A DNA stretch of 64,000 bases, taken from positions 1-64,000 of the forward strand of contig JBHLLG010000008.1 in NCBI GenBank assembly GCA_048885925.1. The letters run 5' to 3'. The notes below the pieces were generated by a model. The model was not told the DNA's origin. It did no database searches and worked only from the letters and a program-made list of their open reading frames with translations. Made by a program: the position numbers and the translations under genes. This document shows positions 48,721 through 58,351 of the stretch, piece after piece. The stretch comes from Candidatus Hermodarchaeota archaeon (GTDB lineage: Archaea; Asgardarchaeota; Lokiarchaeia; Sigyniarchaeales; SOKP01). Within the stretch, counting starts at the first letter, position 1. The number at the start of each line of letters is the position of its first letter.

Positions 48721-49332
48721 TTAAATATCCTGTAAACGTGCCTCAATCTCATCAAAATTTATATTATATTCTTCTCCTTTTGAAGTGACTTGAATCCATT
48801 CCGTTAACCATGGACAATGTTTTGGATTAAATTGATCTAAATTAGTATCATTACATTTATCTCGAAATGGACAAATAAAGCAGGGTTGTCGAGAAAACAT
48901 ATTCCAAATAAAATCTTTTCTGCTTTCATCGATTTTAAGCTCTTTTACTTTACTATCTATTTCATCAATAGCAAAAATATGTTTTGTCCATGATGCATCA
49001 ACTAATTCTCGTTTCATTTTTATTTTCGATTGTAATTCTAGTAATTCAAGTATTTCTTCTAATTCAATTCTTTTCTTATTACTTTTTTCTATAAGATCAT
49101 TAAAAAATATATCTTTTTCACGATTTATAATATTCAAAATGAATTTTTCATCTTTTCTTAATGTTCGGTTAAATTCTTTCTTCTTCTCTTCTATTCTTTC
49201 AATTCTTCTTTCAACAGTAGATTTTTCTTCAGTGGGACCTTCCACACGTTCTTTTATTTTACATTTATGACGAGATAAATAGGCAAAACCTTTACCACAG
49301 TAAGGACAAACTTCTTTTTTTTTTTTTGCCAT
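48721..49332 (-). CDS. TFEbeta / RNA Pol III C34-like protein (winged helix + Fe-S motif) with N-terminal zinc finger
   Basis: C-terminal PCFICPFRDKC...P.HCPWLTEW; wHTH-like middle; N-terminal CPYC...HKC. Confidence 0.7.
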   Translation of the reverse strand: MAKKKKEVCPYCGKGFAYLSRHKCKIKERVEGPTEEKSTVERRIERIEEKKKEFNRTLRKDEKFILNIINREKDIFFNDLIEKSNKKRIELEEILELLELQSKIKMKRELVDASWTKHIFAIDEIDSKVKELKIDESRKDFIWNMFSRQPCFICPFRDKCNDTNLDQFNPKHCPWLTEWIQVTSKGEEYNINFDEIEARLQDI

Positions 49333-49521
49333 TTTATTAGCTTTATAAATTTATTTTAATTGGTTCATCTAAAATTAAATAATCATAAGAGTTATGATAT
49401 ATTCTTTATGAATAGTTAAAAATTAAATTTTCCTTTTTTTAAGAATTTATATCTTTAATAGCTAAATTTATATTAATAATTTTAAATGATATTTAAACCT
49501 AAAAATCATTATTAACTAATA

Positions 49522-50337
49522 ATGAGAATTAATGAAATATTAGAAATTGATAAAGGGCAAATAATTAAAATTTATAATGTTTTAAGTAAATCAGAGTCCC
49601 TTGAAAGTTCTCTAGCAATTTTAACTTCAGGAGCAAAAAATTTTGATGAAGTTCTAGGTGGAGGTTTTTATAGAGGTAAGAAATATTTAATTTTTGGAGC
49701 GAATAATACAGGTAAAACACAGCTGTGTCATCAATTATGTGTTCAAGCCTACATTCAATTTTCTAAGTTTTCTGAAAAACCAAAAAGAAGTAAATATTTA
49801 GTCTATTATTTTGACACAGAAAATACTTTCCGACCTGAGAGATTAAAGGAAATAATGAGATCATCTCGTTTAAAATCTCACCTAATATTGAAAAACACTT
49901 TAATATCAAAAATTATGAGTAATTCTGCTTTTCTGCTTTCATTAAAAAATCTTGAGACCGTCTTAGAAAAAGATCAACTTAACATATTAATTATAGACAC
50001 TATAAATAATTATTTTAATTCTGAAAAAGATATTTCTTCTTATAAAACTAAGGAATTATTTTTTAGGATTTTAAAGAAAATTAATTCACTCACATTAGAT
50101 TATAATTTAATTACAATAGCTACCGCGCAAGTATCTTCGAATTTTAGTGATGATACATTAATACCATTTTCACCAATAGGCAATCAATTACTAAATCAAT
50201 TTTTTTCAGAATATATTTATTTGGATTATAAAAGTCAAGAACAGAGATATATTCACCTTGTAAATTCTTATAGTCTTCCTGAAAAAAGAATACTCTACAA
50301 AATAACCTCCTCAGGAATAGTAGATTTTAAATATTAA
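49522..50337 (+). CDS. RadA/Rad51 paralog lacking the N-terminal HhH domain
   Basis: LTSG...FDEVLGGG, GANNTGKTQLCHQLCV, YFDTENTFRPERL. Confidence 0.85.
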   Translation: MRINEILEIDKGQIIKIYNVLSKSESLESSLAILTSGAKNFDEVLGGGFYRGKKYLIFGANNTGKTQLCHQLCVQAYIQFSKFSEKPKRSKYLVYYFDTENTFRPERLKEIMRSSRLKSHLILKNTLISKIMSNSAFLLSLKNLETVLEKDQLNILIIDTINNYFNSEKDISSYKTKELFFRILKKINSLTLDYNLITIATAQVSSNFSDDTLIPFSPIGNQLLNQFFSEYIYLDYKSQEQRYIHLVNSYSLPEKRILYKITSSGIVDFKY

Positions 50338-51166
50338 AGAATTTCAAAAAAGTTTCTATTGAAAGGTTTGGAAAATCTCTAGTTTTACACTCAGAATTTA
50401 CTAAGCATATTTTATTATCTATTTTATCACTTATCCATCTTATTAGTTTAATAGCATATTGAAGCTTTTTTAATTTTATAGGACTTGCTTTTTGATTGTG
50501 TATGAGATCTAATTTTGAATATTTACCAATAATAGTTCCAAAGTCCATTCCGATAAGAAATAATTTATGAAATGGTTGTAAAAGGGTGCGTAAGAAATAG
50601 AGGATTCGATCTCCATCCGTAAATCCTCCTGGATTTAATACATTCCGAGTTGGTTCAATTTGGGTAGTTCCTATAATATTTTCAAATTTAATTATCTCAT
50701 TTTTAAACAGATTCAGCTTCTCTCTATTATCACCGTGAGCATGAACAACATTAAACCTTGCATATTTAAATTCATTTTTAGTAATTCCATCTAAGTCTGT
50801 AAATATAGCATCAATTTGAACTCGTTTTTTTCTTAACAGCGTTGATGCACCATCGGCAGTTAAATTAATAAAATTTTTAAAAAAATTCACCCCCTTTCGT
50901 TTTAAAATTATATTAAATGTTTTTTCCAAAGAAGGACCACATCCATAAATTAAGATCATTGGTTTTAAAGAAATAATTTCCTTAAATTGACTTAAAACGG
51001 TTTCTAGATTCCATTTTTGACTTTTTTTTTTAAAAAAAATTTGAGATAAGTAATCTCGAGATTCACATTCTTTTATAAAGTCGAATTTAAAATCCTCTAA
51101 TATTTGAGAGTACCAATCCTTAAATTCATAATAGAAATTTATTTGATCGCTTAGTTTTAAATTCAT
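50327..51166 (-). CDS. mptE: 6-hydroxymethyl-7,8-dihydropterin pyrophosphokinase (DUF115)
   Basis: GCGPSL, ADGA, TDLDG, VHAHGDN, GGFTDGDR, GMDFG. Confidence 0.88.
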   Translation of the reverse strand: MNLKLSDQINFYYEFKDWYSQILEDFKFDFIKECESRDYLSQIFFKKKSQKWNLETVLSQFKEIISLKPMILIYGCGPSLEKTFNIILKRKGVNFFKNFINLTADGASTLLRKKRVQIDAIFTDLDGITKNEFKYARFNVVHAHGDNREKLNLFKNEIIKFENIIGTTQIEPTRNVLNPGGFTDGDRILYFLRTLLQPFHKLFLIGMDFGTIIGKYSKLDLIHNQKASPIKLKKLQYAIKLIRWISDKIDNKICLVNSECKTRDFPNLSIETFLKFFNI

Positions 51167-51294
51167 AATTTCAAAAAATCTACTTCAAAAAATCAATAAT
51201 AAAATTTTAAATTCTTACCTTAATTAATAAAAACATATTATTTAATTCAATATTATTATAATTCATAAATTAATAAAAAAAGAGTAAGATAAAA

Positions 51295-51690
51295 ATGACT
51301 AAATGGTTTACTAAAACACATCAATGGTTTGATGATGCGACAAAAATGGTTGGAATTACACCATATGCCGCAGAACAACTCGGAGAGATTAGTTTTGTCG
51401 ATGTTGAGGGTCTTGAAGATGCTGAACTTAACCAAGTAAAAATGGATGGAGATGAACCATCGAGTGATCCAATAGATTGTACTGTTGAATCAAGTAAAGC
51501 TGTTGGTGATATTTATTCACCAGTAAGTGGAAAAGTAATTGAAATTAATTCGGATTTGATGGATGAGCCAGAAAAAATTAATGAAAATGCTTTTGCGGCT
51601 TGGCTTTTTAAGATTGAACCTTCAAATTGGGATGCCGAAAAAGGTAATTTATTAGACGAAGCATCCTATAATGCATTTGTTGGAAAATAG
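51295..51690 (+). CDS. gcvH: Glycine cleavage H protein (lipoyl carrier)
   Basis: HQW, VGITPYAAEQLG, VESSKAVGDIYSPVSG (lipoyl-Lys), PEKIN. Confidence 0.92.
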   Translation: MTKWFTKTHQWFDDATKMVGITPYAAEQLGEISFVDVEGLEDAELNQVKMDGDEPSSDPIDCTVESSKAVGDIYSPVSGKVIEINSDLMDEPEKINENAFAAWLFKIEPSNWDAEKGNLLDEASYNAFVGK

Positions 51691-51884
51691 ATTTAAAAAT
51701 TAATTAAAATATATTTTTCAAATCTCTTTTTATTTTTTTCTTATTGCAATTTTATTCTATCCAATTTGAATAATACAATCTTAACAGAAATATTTAGAAT
51801 AGGTTAATAAAATTAAATATTATAATCTCAATTATAGTAAACATATAAAATGGATTATAATAAAAAAATTGCTTTAAAAAGTAA

Positions 51885-52379
51885 TCATCGCTGTAGTTTC
51901 ACATTTAACATATACTGAAGCAAGAAGAAAGTTGTAATAATCATTATAACTCCAATTAATAAAATCCAAACTGCCATTTTTTTATTATATACATATTTAG
52001 ATGCTTGATATAATAGTATAAATCCTGTTGAGCAGAAGAAAATTAATATTGAAGCTACAATGCCCTCTATAATATAACTTTCATTAATATCAACAAAAAT
52101 AAATACGGGATCTCCCTCAGAAGTTGCCCCAAGTGCAGGAGGTTCTCTAACTATAAAATAAACCACCCCTGTTTGAAGAATAAATAATATTATTAAAATA
52201 GCTATTACACTTAAAGATCTTGAAGGCATTGGAAAGGAAATTCTTGGAAGTTTGAATTTGGGAAAATTAATCTTGGGTTTCCTTATAGATTTCCCGAACA
52301 GCCAAGGGGTTCTACTTCTAATTTTTTCTATTATTGTTTCAGAACCAATAATTTCCTCTTTATCTAACTTTTCTTTCAT
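51885..52379 (-). CDS. OSTC/DC2 (OST3/OST6 family TM module)-like protein
   Basis: PKFKLP...MPS, TGVVY.IVREPP.LG, YIIEG..ASIL...GFILL; 3 TM; resembles eukaryotic DC2. Confidence 0.75.
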   Translation of the reverse strand: MKEKLDKEEIIGSETIIEKIRSRTPWLFGKSIRKPKINFPKFKLPRISFPMPSRSLSVIAILIILFILQTGVVYFIVREPPALGATSEGDPVFIFVDINESYIIEGIVASILIFFCSTGFILLYQASKYVYNKKMAVWILLIGVIMIITTFFLLQYMLNVKLQR

Positions 52380-52460
52380 AACTATTCGCTTTCAAGTAAG
52401 CTATAGAATAATTATTAACATAAATTTATTAAGTTTTTCAAATAGTTTTCAACAAAATCT

Positions 52461-53954
52461 TTAATTGCAACTTAAGTTTTTTAATAAAGCAATTATAAAT
52501 TTCCAAACTTTTTCAACAGATTTAATAAGCAAACGCTCATCTGGAGAGTGGGCTGCTTCATTTATAGGACCAATTGCTATCATATCCATTTGTGGAAACT
52601 TTTTTTTCAATATTCCACACTCTAACCCAGCATGAATAGCTTTGACTACTATTTTTTCATTAAAAAGATCTTCATAAGTTTCATCGCATTTCGCTAAAAG
52701 ATTTGATTCAAAATTTGGTGTCCATCCTGGATAATCACTATCTATCTTGAAATTAAAATCTAAATTACTCAAATCGAAAAGTGCTTTCACGTTCTCCCAA
52801 ATTACAGTCTTAAAATATTCACTTAAACTTCTTTGACTTATTTTAATTTCAATATCAGAATCTCTAGTCTTTATTGTACCTAAATTGGTAGAATTAAATA
52901 CTAAACCTTTTATCTGAGGGTGCATCGAGAGAGGTCCAAAAGGTATTAAATAAATAATATTTAATATTCTATCTTGAAATTTATTTGAAAAAACTTTTTT
53001 ATTAGAATAATTTTCTAATTTCTTAATTGAAATTTCTAAATTTGGTTCAATTCCTTCAAAAATTACTTTAATATTTCTACTTTGAGTTTCAATAAAGTTC
53101 TTAATCTCAGAAAATTTATCTTTTTCTATATATAATATTGAAGTAGCTTCTCTAGGTATTGCATTAGTTTTATTTCCCCCATCTATTGAGCAAAATTGAA
53201 TTTTGAACTTTTTGTTTAACTTCCATAGAATCTGACTGATAATCTTTAGAGCGTTACCTCTCCCTAAATTAATATCTACTCCCGAATGGCCTCCTAATAA
53301 TCCCGATATAAATATTTTTATTGGAATATATGTTTCCTCAACCTTTATCTTCTCTATTTTAACTTCATAAATGGTTACAATTCCTCCTGCACATCCAATA
53401 GTTACTGCATTATCCTCTTCAGCATCAATATTTATCAGAAAATCTCCGCCTGTAAAATCCTCCTTAATTTCAAATGCACCTCTTAATCCTTGTTCTTCAT
53501 TTACAGTGAAAAGTAAATCTAAACTTAAAGAATCAATATCTATTTCTCCCTTATGGATTTTTTTCATTAAGGTTAAAAGATAACTAATTCCAACACCATT
53601 GTCAGCACCGAGCGTTGTACCATCAGCAGTAAGCCATTTCTCACCATTTAAATTCTTAATCATTAATTTTAGTGGATCTTTGGAAAAATCATGGGTTACA
53701 GCTTCATTTTTTTCACAAACCATATCCATATGACACTGTAACACTCCTTTTAGATAGGGAAGTGATTTCACTGGAATTTTTATTAAAAGATTTCCAGCTT
53801 TATCAACTTTAGTAACATAACCCAAATCATCTGCTTCTTTCTTTATAAAGGACCTAATTTTTTCTTCATGTTCGGAACACCGAGGTATTTTGGAAATTTT
53901 TTCAAAATATTCCCAAAATTCAATAGGTTCTCCTAATTCTTTTAAGTTAAACAA
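52461..53954 (-). CDS. pepD: Aminoacyl-histidine dipeptidase (M20C) (TTG start)
   Basis: QCHMDMVCEK, TTLGADNG, NEEQG, GGHSG, IHAGLECG, HSPDE. Confidence 0.93.
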   Translation of the reverse strand: MFNLKELGEPIEFWEYFEKISKIPRCSEHEEKIRSFIKKEADDLGYVTKVDKAGNLLIKIPVKSLPYLKGVLQCHMDMVCEKNEAVTHDFSKDPLKLMIKNLNGEKWLTADGTTLGADNGVGISYLLTLMKKIHKGEIDIDSLSLDLLFTVNEEQGLRGAFEIKEDFTGGDFLINIDAEEDNAVTIGCAGGIVTIYEVKIEKIKVEETYIPIKIFISGLLGGHSGVDINLGRGNALKIISQILWKLNKKFKIQFCSIDGGNKTNAIPREATSILYIEKDKFSEIKNFIETQSRNIKVIFEGIEPNLEISIKKLENYSNKKVFSNKFQDRILNIIYLIPFGPLSMHPQIKGLVFNSTNLGTIKTRDSDIEIKISQRSLSEYFKTVIWENVKALFDLSNLDFNFKIDSDYPGWTPNFESNLLAKCDETYEDLFNEKIVVKAIHAGLECGILKKKFPQMDMIAIGPINEAAHSPDERLLIKSVEKVWKFIIALLKNLSCN

Positions 53955-54050
53955 TTTTATCTATTCTCGTTAAAATATATATATTAATTCATTTATAATA
54001 ATTATAAAATAACAAAAAATTCCTTATAACTTTATTTAAAGGCTGATGGA

Positions 54051-55178
54051 ATGAGTTGGAAAGATCTTTATTCAGAAGTAAAGAAACGTAAAATGGAAGC
54101 ATTGAATAAAAAAGATGTGGTACAAGCCGTCGAAAAACACGGAAAAATTTTAGCTATTAATGGAAGATATGAAAAACCCAAAAAAGTAATTGAACATATG
54201 TACGCATCATTGAAAAAAGTTATTAAAGAAACTGATATTATGAAAGAAGATATATCTGAATATGATGTAGTTCTTATTGGATGTCCGGGTAGTGATCTTC
54301 CATATGCTTCTCATCCAAAAATTAGAGATTTTGTAATGAATGGTGGATGGTTAATAACAACAGATTGGGCTTTAAAAAGTATTATTGAAAATATTTTTCC
54401 GGGTTTTATTCGTTGGAATCAAGCAAAAACTGCTGATGCTGTTGTTGCTTGTCAAATTATTGAACCAAATCATCCCTTTTTAGAAGGAGTAATAAGTGAA
54501 ATTCAACAAAACAAATGGCAAAAAAAATCAGTTAAAAATACAAAAAAAACTGAATTTCGTTGGTGGTTAGAAACACGTTCTTTTCCAATACAAATTATAA
54601 ATCCTCAAGCTGTTCGTGTATTAATTAGTTCATGGGAAATTCAAAATAAGTGGGGAGAATCACCTGTACTTATAGAATTCGATTATGGAAAAAAGGGTGG
54701 GCGAGTAATTCATATGATTAGCCACACACATTTACAAAAAGGTGGAACTAAAGGTAAATATGCTTCAGCTCTAATACTAACTAATATTTTAGATGAGAAA
54801 GTATCTCTAAAAATGGGTATCTCAAAAAAATCAACCCCCAGTTATGTTTCTGATTTTCAAACACCTCAAACTCAACATCAATCTTATCAAACTCCCTTAG
54901 AAGACCAATGGATATCTCCAAATCAACAGACAGAATATTTAACGCCAACAATTGGGAATAATAAATTAACACAAACCTCTCAAATAATTGAAATAGACGT
55001 TAATAATCCTGATTTTTCATTTGCTAACAAATGCATTTACTGTAACTATGATTTCACTGAATATAAGGGAAAAATATTTGTTTGTGAAGCCTGCAATACT
55101 CCATATCATGAACATTGTATAAATATACAAATTAATGAAGGAATTTGCAAAAATTGTAATAGAATATTATTATGGTAA
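54051..55178 (+). CDS. Alpha/beta (GATase-like) domain, Q/T/P-rich linker and C-terminal C4HC3 PHD/RING-like finger
   Basis: DVVLIGCPG, FV.NGG.LITTDWAL; C-x2-C-x13-C-x2-C-x4-H-x2-C-x9-C-x2-C. Confidence 0.7.
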   Translation: MSWKDLYSEVKKRKMEALNKKDVVQAVEKHGKILAINGRYEKPKKVIEHMYASLKKVIKETDIMKEDISEYDVVLIGCPGSDLPYASHPKIRDFVMNGGWLITTDWALKSIIENIFPGFIRWNQAKTADAVVACQIIEPNHPFLEGVISEIQQNKWQKKSVKNTKKTEFRWWLETRSFPIQIINPQAVRVLISSWEIQNKWGESPVLIEFDYGKKGGRVIHMISHTHLQKGGTKGKYASALILTNILDEKVSLKMGISKKSTPSYVSDFQTPQTQHQSYQTPLEDQWISPNQQTEYLTPTIGNNKLTQTSQIIEIDVNNPDFSFANKCIYCNYDFTEYKGKIFVCEACNTPYHEHCINIQINEGICKNCNRILLW

Positions 55179-55241
55179 TACTATCAATATAAAAATATAA
55201 AAAATAAAAAAAAGAATAGTATACTTTAGATTTCTTTGGAT

Positions 55242-55439
55242 TTAATTCTCAATGATCTCTATTGCCTCTTCTGGACATTGAGTTTCACATGCCCTACAAC
55301 CAACACAATCTTCTCTGTTTTCTTCTATAACATTTACTTTACCTCCCTCAGGTTCATCAAAGCATTCAGAAGGGCATACTTCATAGCATGTACCACAACC
55401 AGTGCATGCATCTAGATCTATCTTTATATCAAAGGACAT
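55242..55439 (-). CDS. 2[4Fe-4S] ferredoxin
   Basis: CTGCGTCYEVCP and CVGCRACETQCP. Confidence 0.93.
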   Translation of the reverse strand: MSFDIKIDLDACTGCGTCYEVCPSECFDEPEGGKVNVIEENREDCVGCRACETQCPEEAIEIIEN

Positions 55440-55610
55440 TTTTTTAACTCCATTATGTTCTTATTTCAAAATTTTTGATTATTTTATAATAATCTTATTT
55501 TTGATAATAAAATAAAAAATTTAAATTTCGTTTTTATTAAGAAAACATATCAATAATTTCTTAACTATTAAATCTAAAAAGAATATTAATCGCAACCTAT
55601 CATCTTCAAA

Positions 55611-56729
55611 ATGAAATTAAGAAAATTTTGGAAATACAAATACAGCGGATCAATCTATGGGATTGAGATAGCTGATATAAATGGTAATGGTAAGGAAGAA
55701 ATTATTGCATATTCTAAAACAGGAGTTCTTATTGTTATTTCACAAAATGGAAAATTGTTATATCATAGGATAATTTCTAAAAATTCACCAATTTGGCATT
55801 CTAAGATATACGATATTGATAATGATGGGAAAAATGAGTTAATATTAGGTGGAATGGATGGAATTTTAAGAATTTTTAAATGTGATTTAAAATATAATTT
55901 AAAATCTTTGTGGAATCATAAATTTGATTCTTCTATTAGTGGAATTCTTATAGATGATATAAATAATGATAATATCGATGAATTAATCGTATTTTCACTT
56001 GATAAATCTTTAAGAGTATTAAATCCTTTAAACGGTGATTTAATATGGGGTCAAGTTTTTGAAGATGGCATAGGAGATGCGATTATCTTTATAGATACAA
56101 AGAATAATAGTAAAAAGGAAATAATTGCTTGTGGAAATGACGGTACAATAAGATGTTTTGATGGGATAGATGGAAGCTTATTATGGTTTAAAACTTTTTC
56201 TAATAAAGTCAGGTGCGTTTCATTTCTAAATTCTGTTAAAGGTATTGTATTATTAGTAGGAGGGGATGATAAAGTATTACATATCCTAGATAAAGCAACA
56301 CAGAAAGAGTTTAAAATAATTAAATTCAAGGATTTCGTTTGGAAATGTATATCATATCCAAAGTGCGTTTTCAATAATGCAATTATAAGTTCTTATTCAT
56401 TTGATTATTTTAAAAATTTAATAGCTATTGAAAAAGTAAAATTCACTTCAAAAATTATATGCTTAAATGAAATTTTTGAGGTTAAATGGGAATTAAAAGG
56501 CTATAATTGCGAGTTTATAAAAATTATTAAGTTTCAAGAAAAATTATTCATATTACTCGGGACTACTAAAGGTGAACTACTCATTGTCGATCCTGAAATA
56601 GGAAAAATTTTATTTAAAATACAACATGATTCATGTATAAATATGATTCAATTCCTTGAGGAACAAAGGATTATTATTAATTGCTATGATGATGGGAGCA
56701 TCTATGCATATAATCTAGAAGATTTTTGA
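55611..56729 (+). CDS. Beta-propeller protein with FG-GAP-like Dx(D/N)xDG repeats
   Basis: ADINGNGKEEII, YDIDNDGKNELI, DDINNDNIDELI; WD-like blades; no signal peptide. Confidence 0.75.
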   Translation: MKLRKFWKYKYSGSIYGIEIADINGNGKEEIIAYSKTGVLIVISQNGKLLYHRIISKNSPIWHSKIYDIDNDGKNELILGGMDGILRIFKCDLKYNLKSLWNHKFDSSISGILIDDINNDNIDELIVFSLDKSLRVLNPLNGDLIWGQVFEDGIGDAIIFIDTKNNSKKEIIACGNDGTIRCFDGIDGSLLWFKTFSNKVRCVSFLNSVKGIVLLVGGDDKVLHILDKATQKEFKIIKFKDFVWKCISYPKCVFNNAIISSYSFDYFKNLIAIEKVKFTSKIICLNEIFEVKWELKGYNCEFIKIIKFQEKLFILLGTTKGELLIVDPEIGKILFKIQHDSCINMIQFLEEQRIIINCYDDGSIYAYNLEDF

Positions 56730-56838
56730 TTTAAGAAGACTCTTTATAAAATTAAAAAGCTCTAATATAAAAAAGTTAAATGTAATTGTAGATTACCTTT
56801 AAAATTAAAAAAAAATAAAATATTTATTTTTTAGCTTT

Positions 56839-57159
56839 TTACTCACTTTCCTCGGCTTCCTCAGCAGCTAATTCCTCCTCAAGTTCTTCAAGAGGAACAG
56901 GTGCTGGCGTAGTTAACATGCTGTAGCCAATCCAAATTGCAATAATTGAGATAAGCAAAACTAGAAGCCACATAGGCGCAACTACAAATAATCTCCAATC
57001 AAGCCAATCAATTCCAAAGAAATTCAACCAACTATCCCAATCTGGGTTATCCCATATAGTGTCAAATAAAAGATCAATAAGTGAACCCATTGTATAAACA
57101 ATAGCAATTAATATACCAACGATCATTACAATTGCGCCAATAACTTTATCCTTAGCCAT
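56839..57159 (-). CDS. 2-TM membrane protein, DPM2-like pattern, acidic tail
   Basis: KDKVIG...IVYT...AP...WIGYSML TTP.P.P. Confidence 0.6.
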   Translation of the reverse strand: MAKDKVIGAIVMIVGILIAIVYTMGSLIDLLFDTIWDNPDWDSWLNFFGIDWLDWRLFVVAPMWLLVLLISIIAIWIGYSMLTTPAPVPLEELEEELAAEEAEESE

Positions 57160-57377
57160 TTTGATAACCATTTAGAATTTGTTTTTTTATTTAATAATAT
57201 TAGTTCTGCATAAAGTTAAGCGTGTAATTTGTGCTTAATATAATTTTTAAAAAATGATTCAATTAAAACCATTCGATCAAGACTATAGGATCGTAAATAA
57301 AATATTATGATGATCCACATATAAACTATATAGAATTATATGAAAAATATCAATAATCAAGATTAAGTACCAGATTT

Positions 57378-58346
57378 ATGTCTAAGGAAAATGATTATGT
57401 ACTAATAATTGGATCAAGCAATATTGATTTGAATGTCTATTCCAAACGTTTTCCAAATCCCGGTGAAACTGTCACAGGAGGAGTTTTTAAACAATTTTTG
57501 GGGGGAAAAGGAGCTAATCAATCTGTTGCCTCAATAAGGTCTGGCGCTAAAACGATTTTTATTGGAAAGATTGGAATGGATCTTTTTGGTGATCAGATGA
57601 TTTCTCAATTAACTAAAGAAGGAATTAACATGAATAACGTTATAAGAGATCCTGAAGAACATAGTGGTGTAGCGTTAATTTTGATTGATGAAAATGGTGA
57701 AAATATGATAAGTGTAGCTCCTGGAGCAAATTTTAAAATGACTCCTCAAGAAATAAGATCTGTCAGCAATATAATAAAAAAGGCTAAATCTTTAGTTGTT
57801 CAAATGGAAATTCCTATAGAAACAATTAGGGAGATTTTTAGAATCGCTTCTGATGGTAATGTGATCAAAATTTTAAATCCCGCCCCATTGAAAAGCATAC
57901 CTATTGAAATTTTAAAAATGGTTGACATTATTGTCCCAAATGAAGGTGAGCTTTATAGATTGCACTCATTTTTTGATTTTAAGGAATTAAATAAGGAAGG
58001 CACTCAAAAAATTATTCAAGCTGCAAAAAATATTTCAAATTTAGGGATAAGATATATTATTACTACATTGGGAAGTAAAGGATGTTTAATTTATGATGGA
58101 ATAGAAGATAAGTCATTCGAAATACCTGCACCTAAAGTTAAAGCTATAGATACTGTAGGTGCAGGTGATTGTTTTATTGGAGTATTAGCAAGTATGTTAA
58201 GTAAAGGTGAAAATATTTTAAGTGCTGTTAAATTTGCTACTGTAGCAGCGTCAATTGCAGTTACTAGAAAAGGAGCTCAAGAATCAATGCCATATCTCTA
58301 TGAAATTGAAAATAGATTAAAAGTGTTAAATTTATACGAAAAATAA
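57378..58346 (+). CDS. rbsK: Ribokinase (PfkB family)
   Basis: IGSSNID, GGKGANQ, LNPAP, PNEGE, DTVGAGDCF. Confidence 0.92.
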   Translation: MSKENDYVLIIGSSNIDLNVYSKRFPNPGETVTGGVFKQFLGGKGANQSVASIRSGAKTIFIGKIGMDLFGDQMISQLTKEGINMNNVIRDPEEHSGVALILIDENGENMISVAPGANFKMTPQEIRSVSNIIKKAKSLVVQMEIPIETIREIFRIASDGNVIKILNPAPLKSIPIEILKMVDIIVPNEGELYRLHSFFDFKELNKEGTQKIIQAAKNISNLGIRYIITTLGSKGCLIYDGIEDKSFEIPAPKVKAIDTVGAGDCFIGVLASMLSKGENILSAVKFATVAASIAVTRKGAQESMPYLYEIENRLKVLNLYEK

Positions 58347-58351
58347 AGAAA

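Noticed and set aside
57274-57293. CGATC-N10-GATCG inverted repeat before rbsK
   Set aside because: 5 bp arms are too short to call an operator without comparative data
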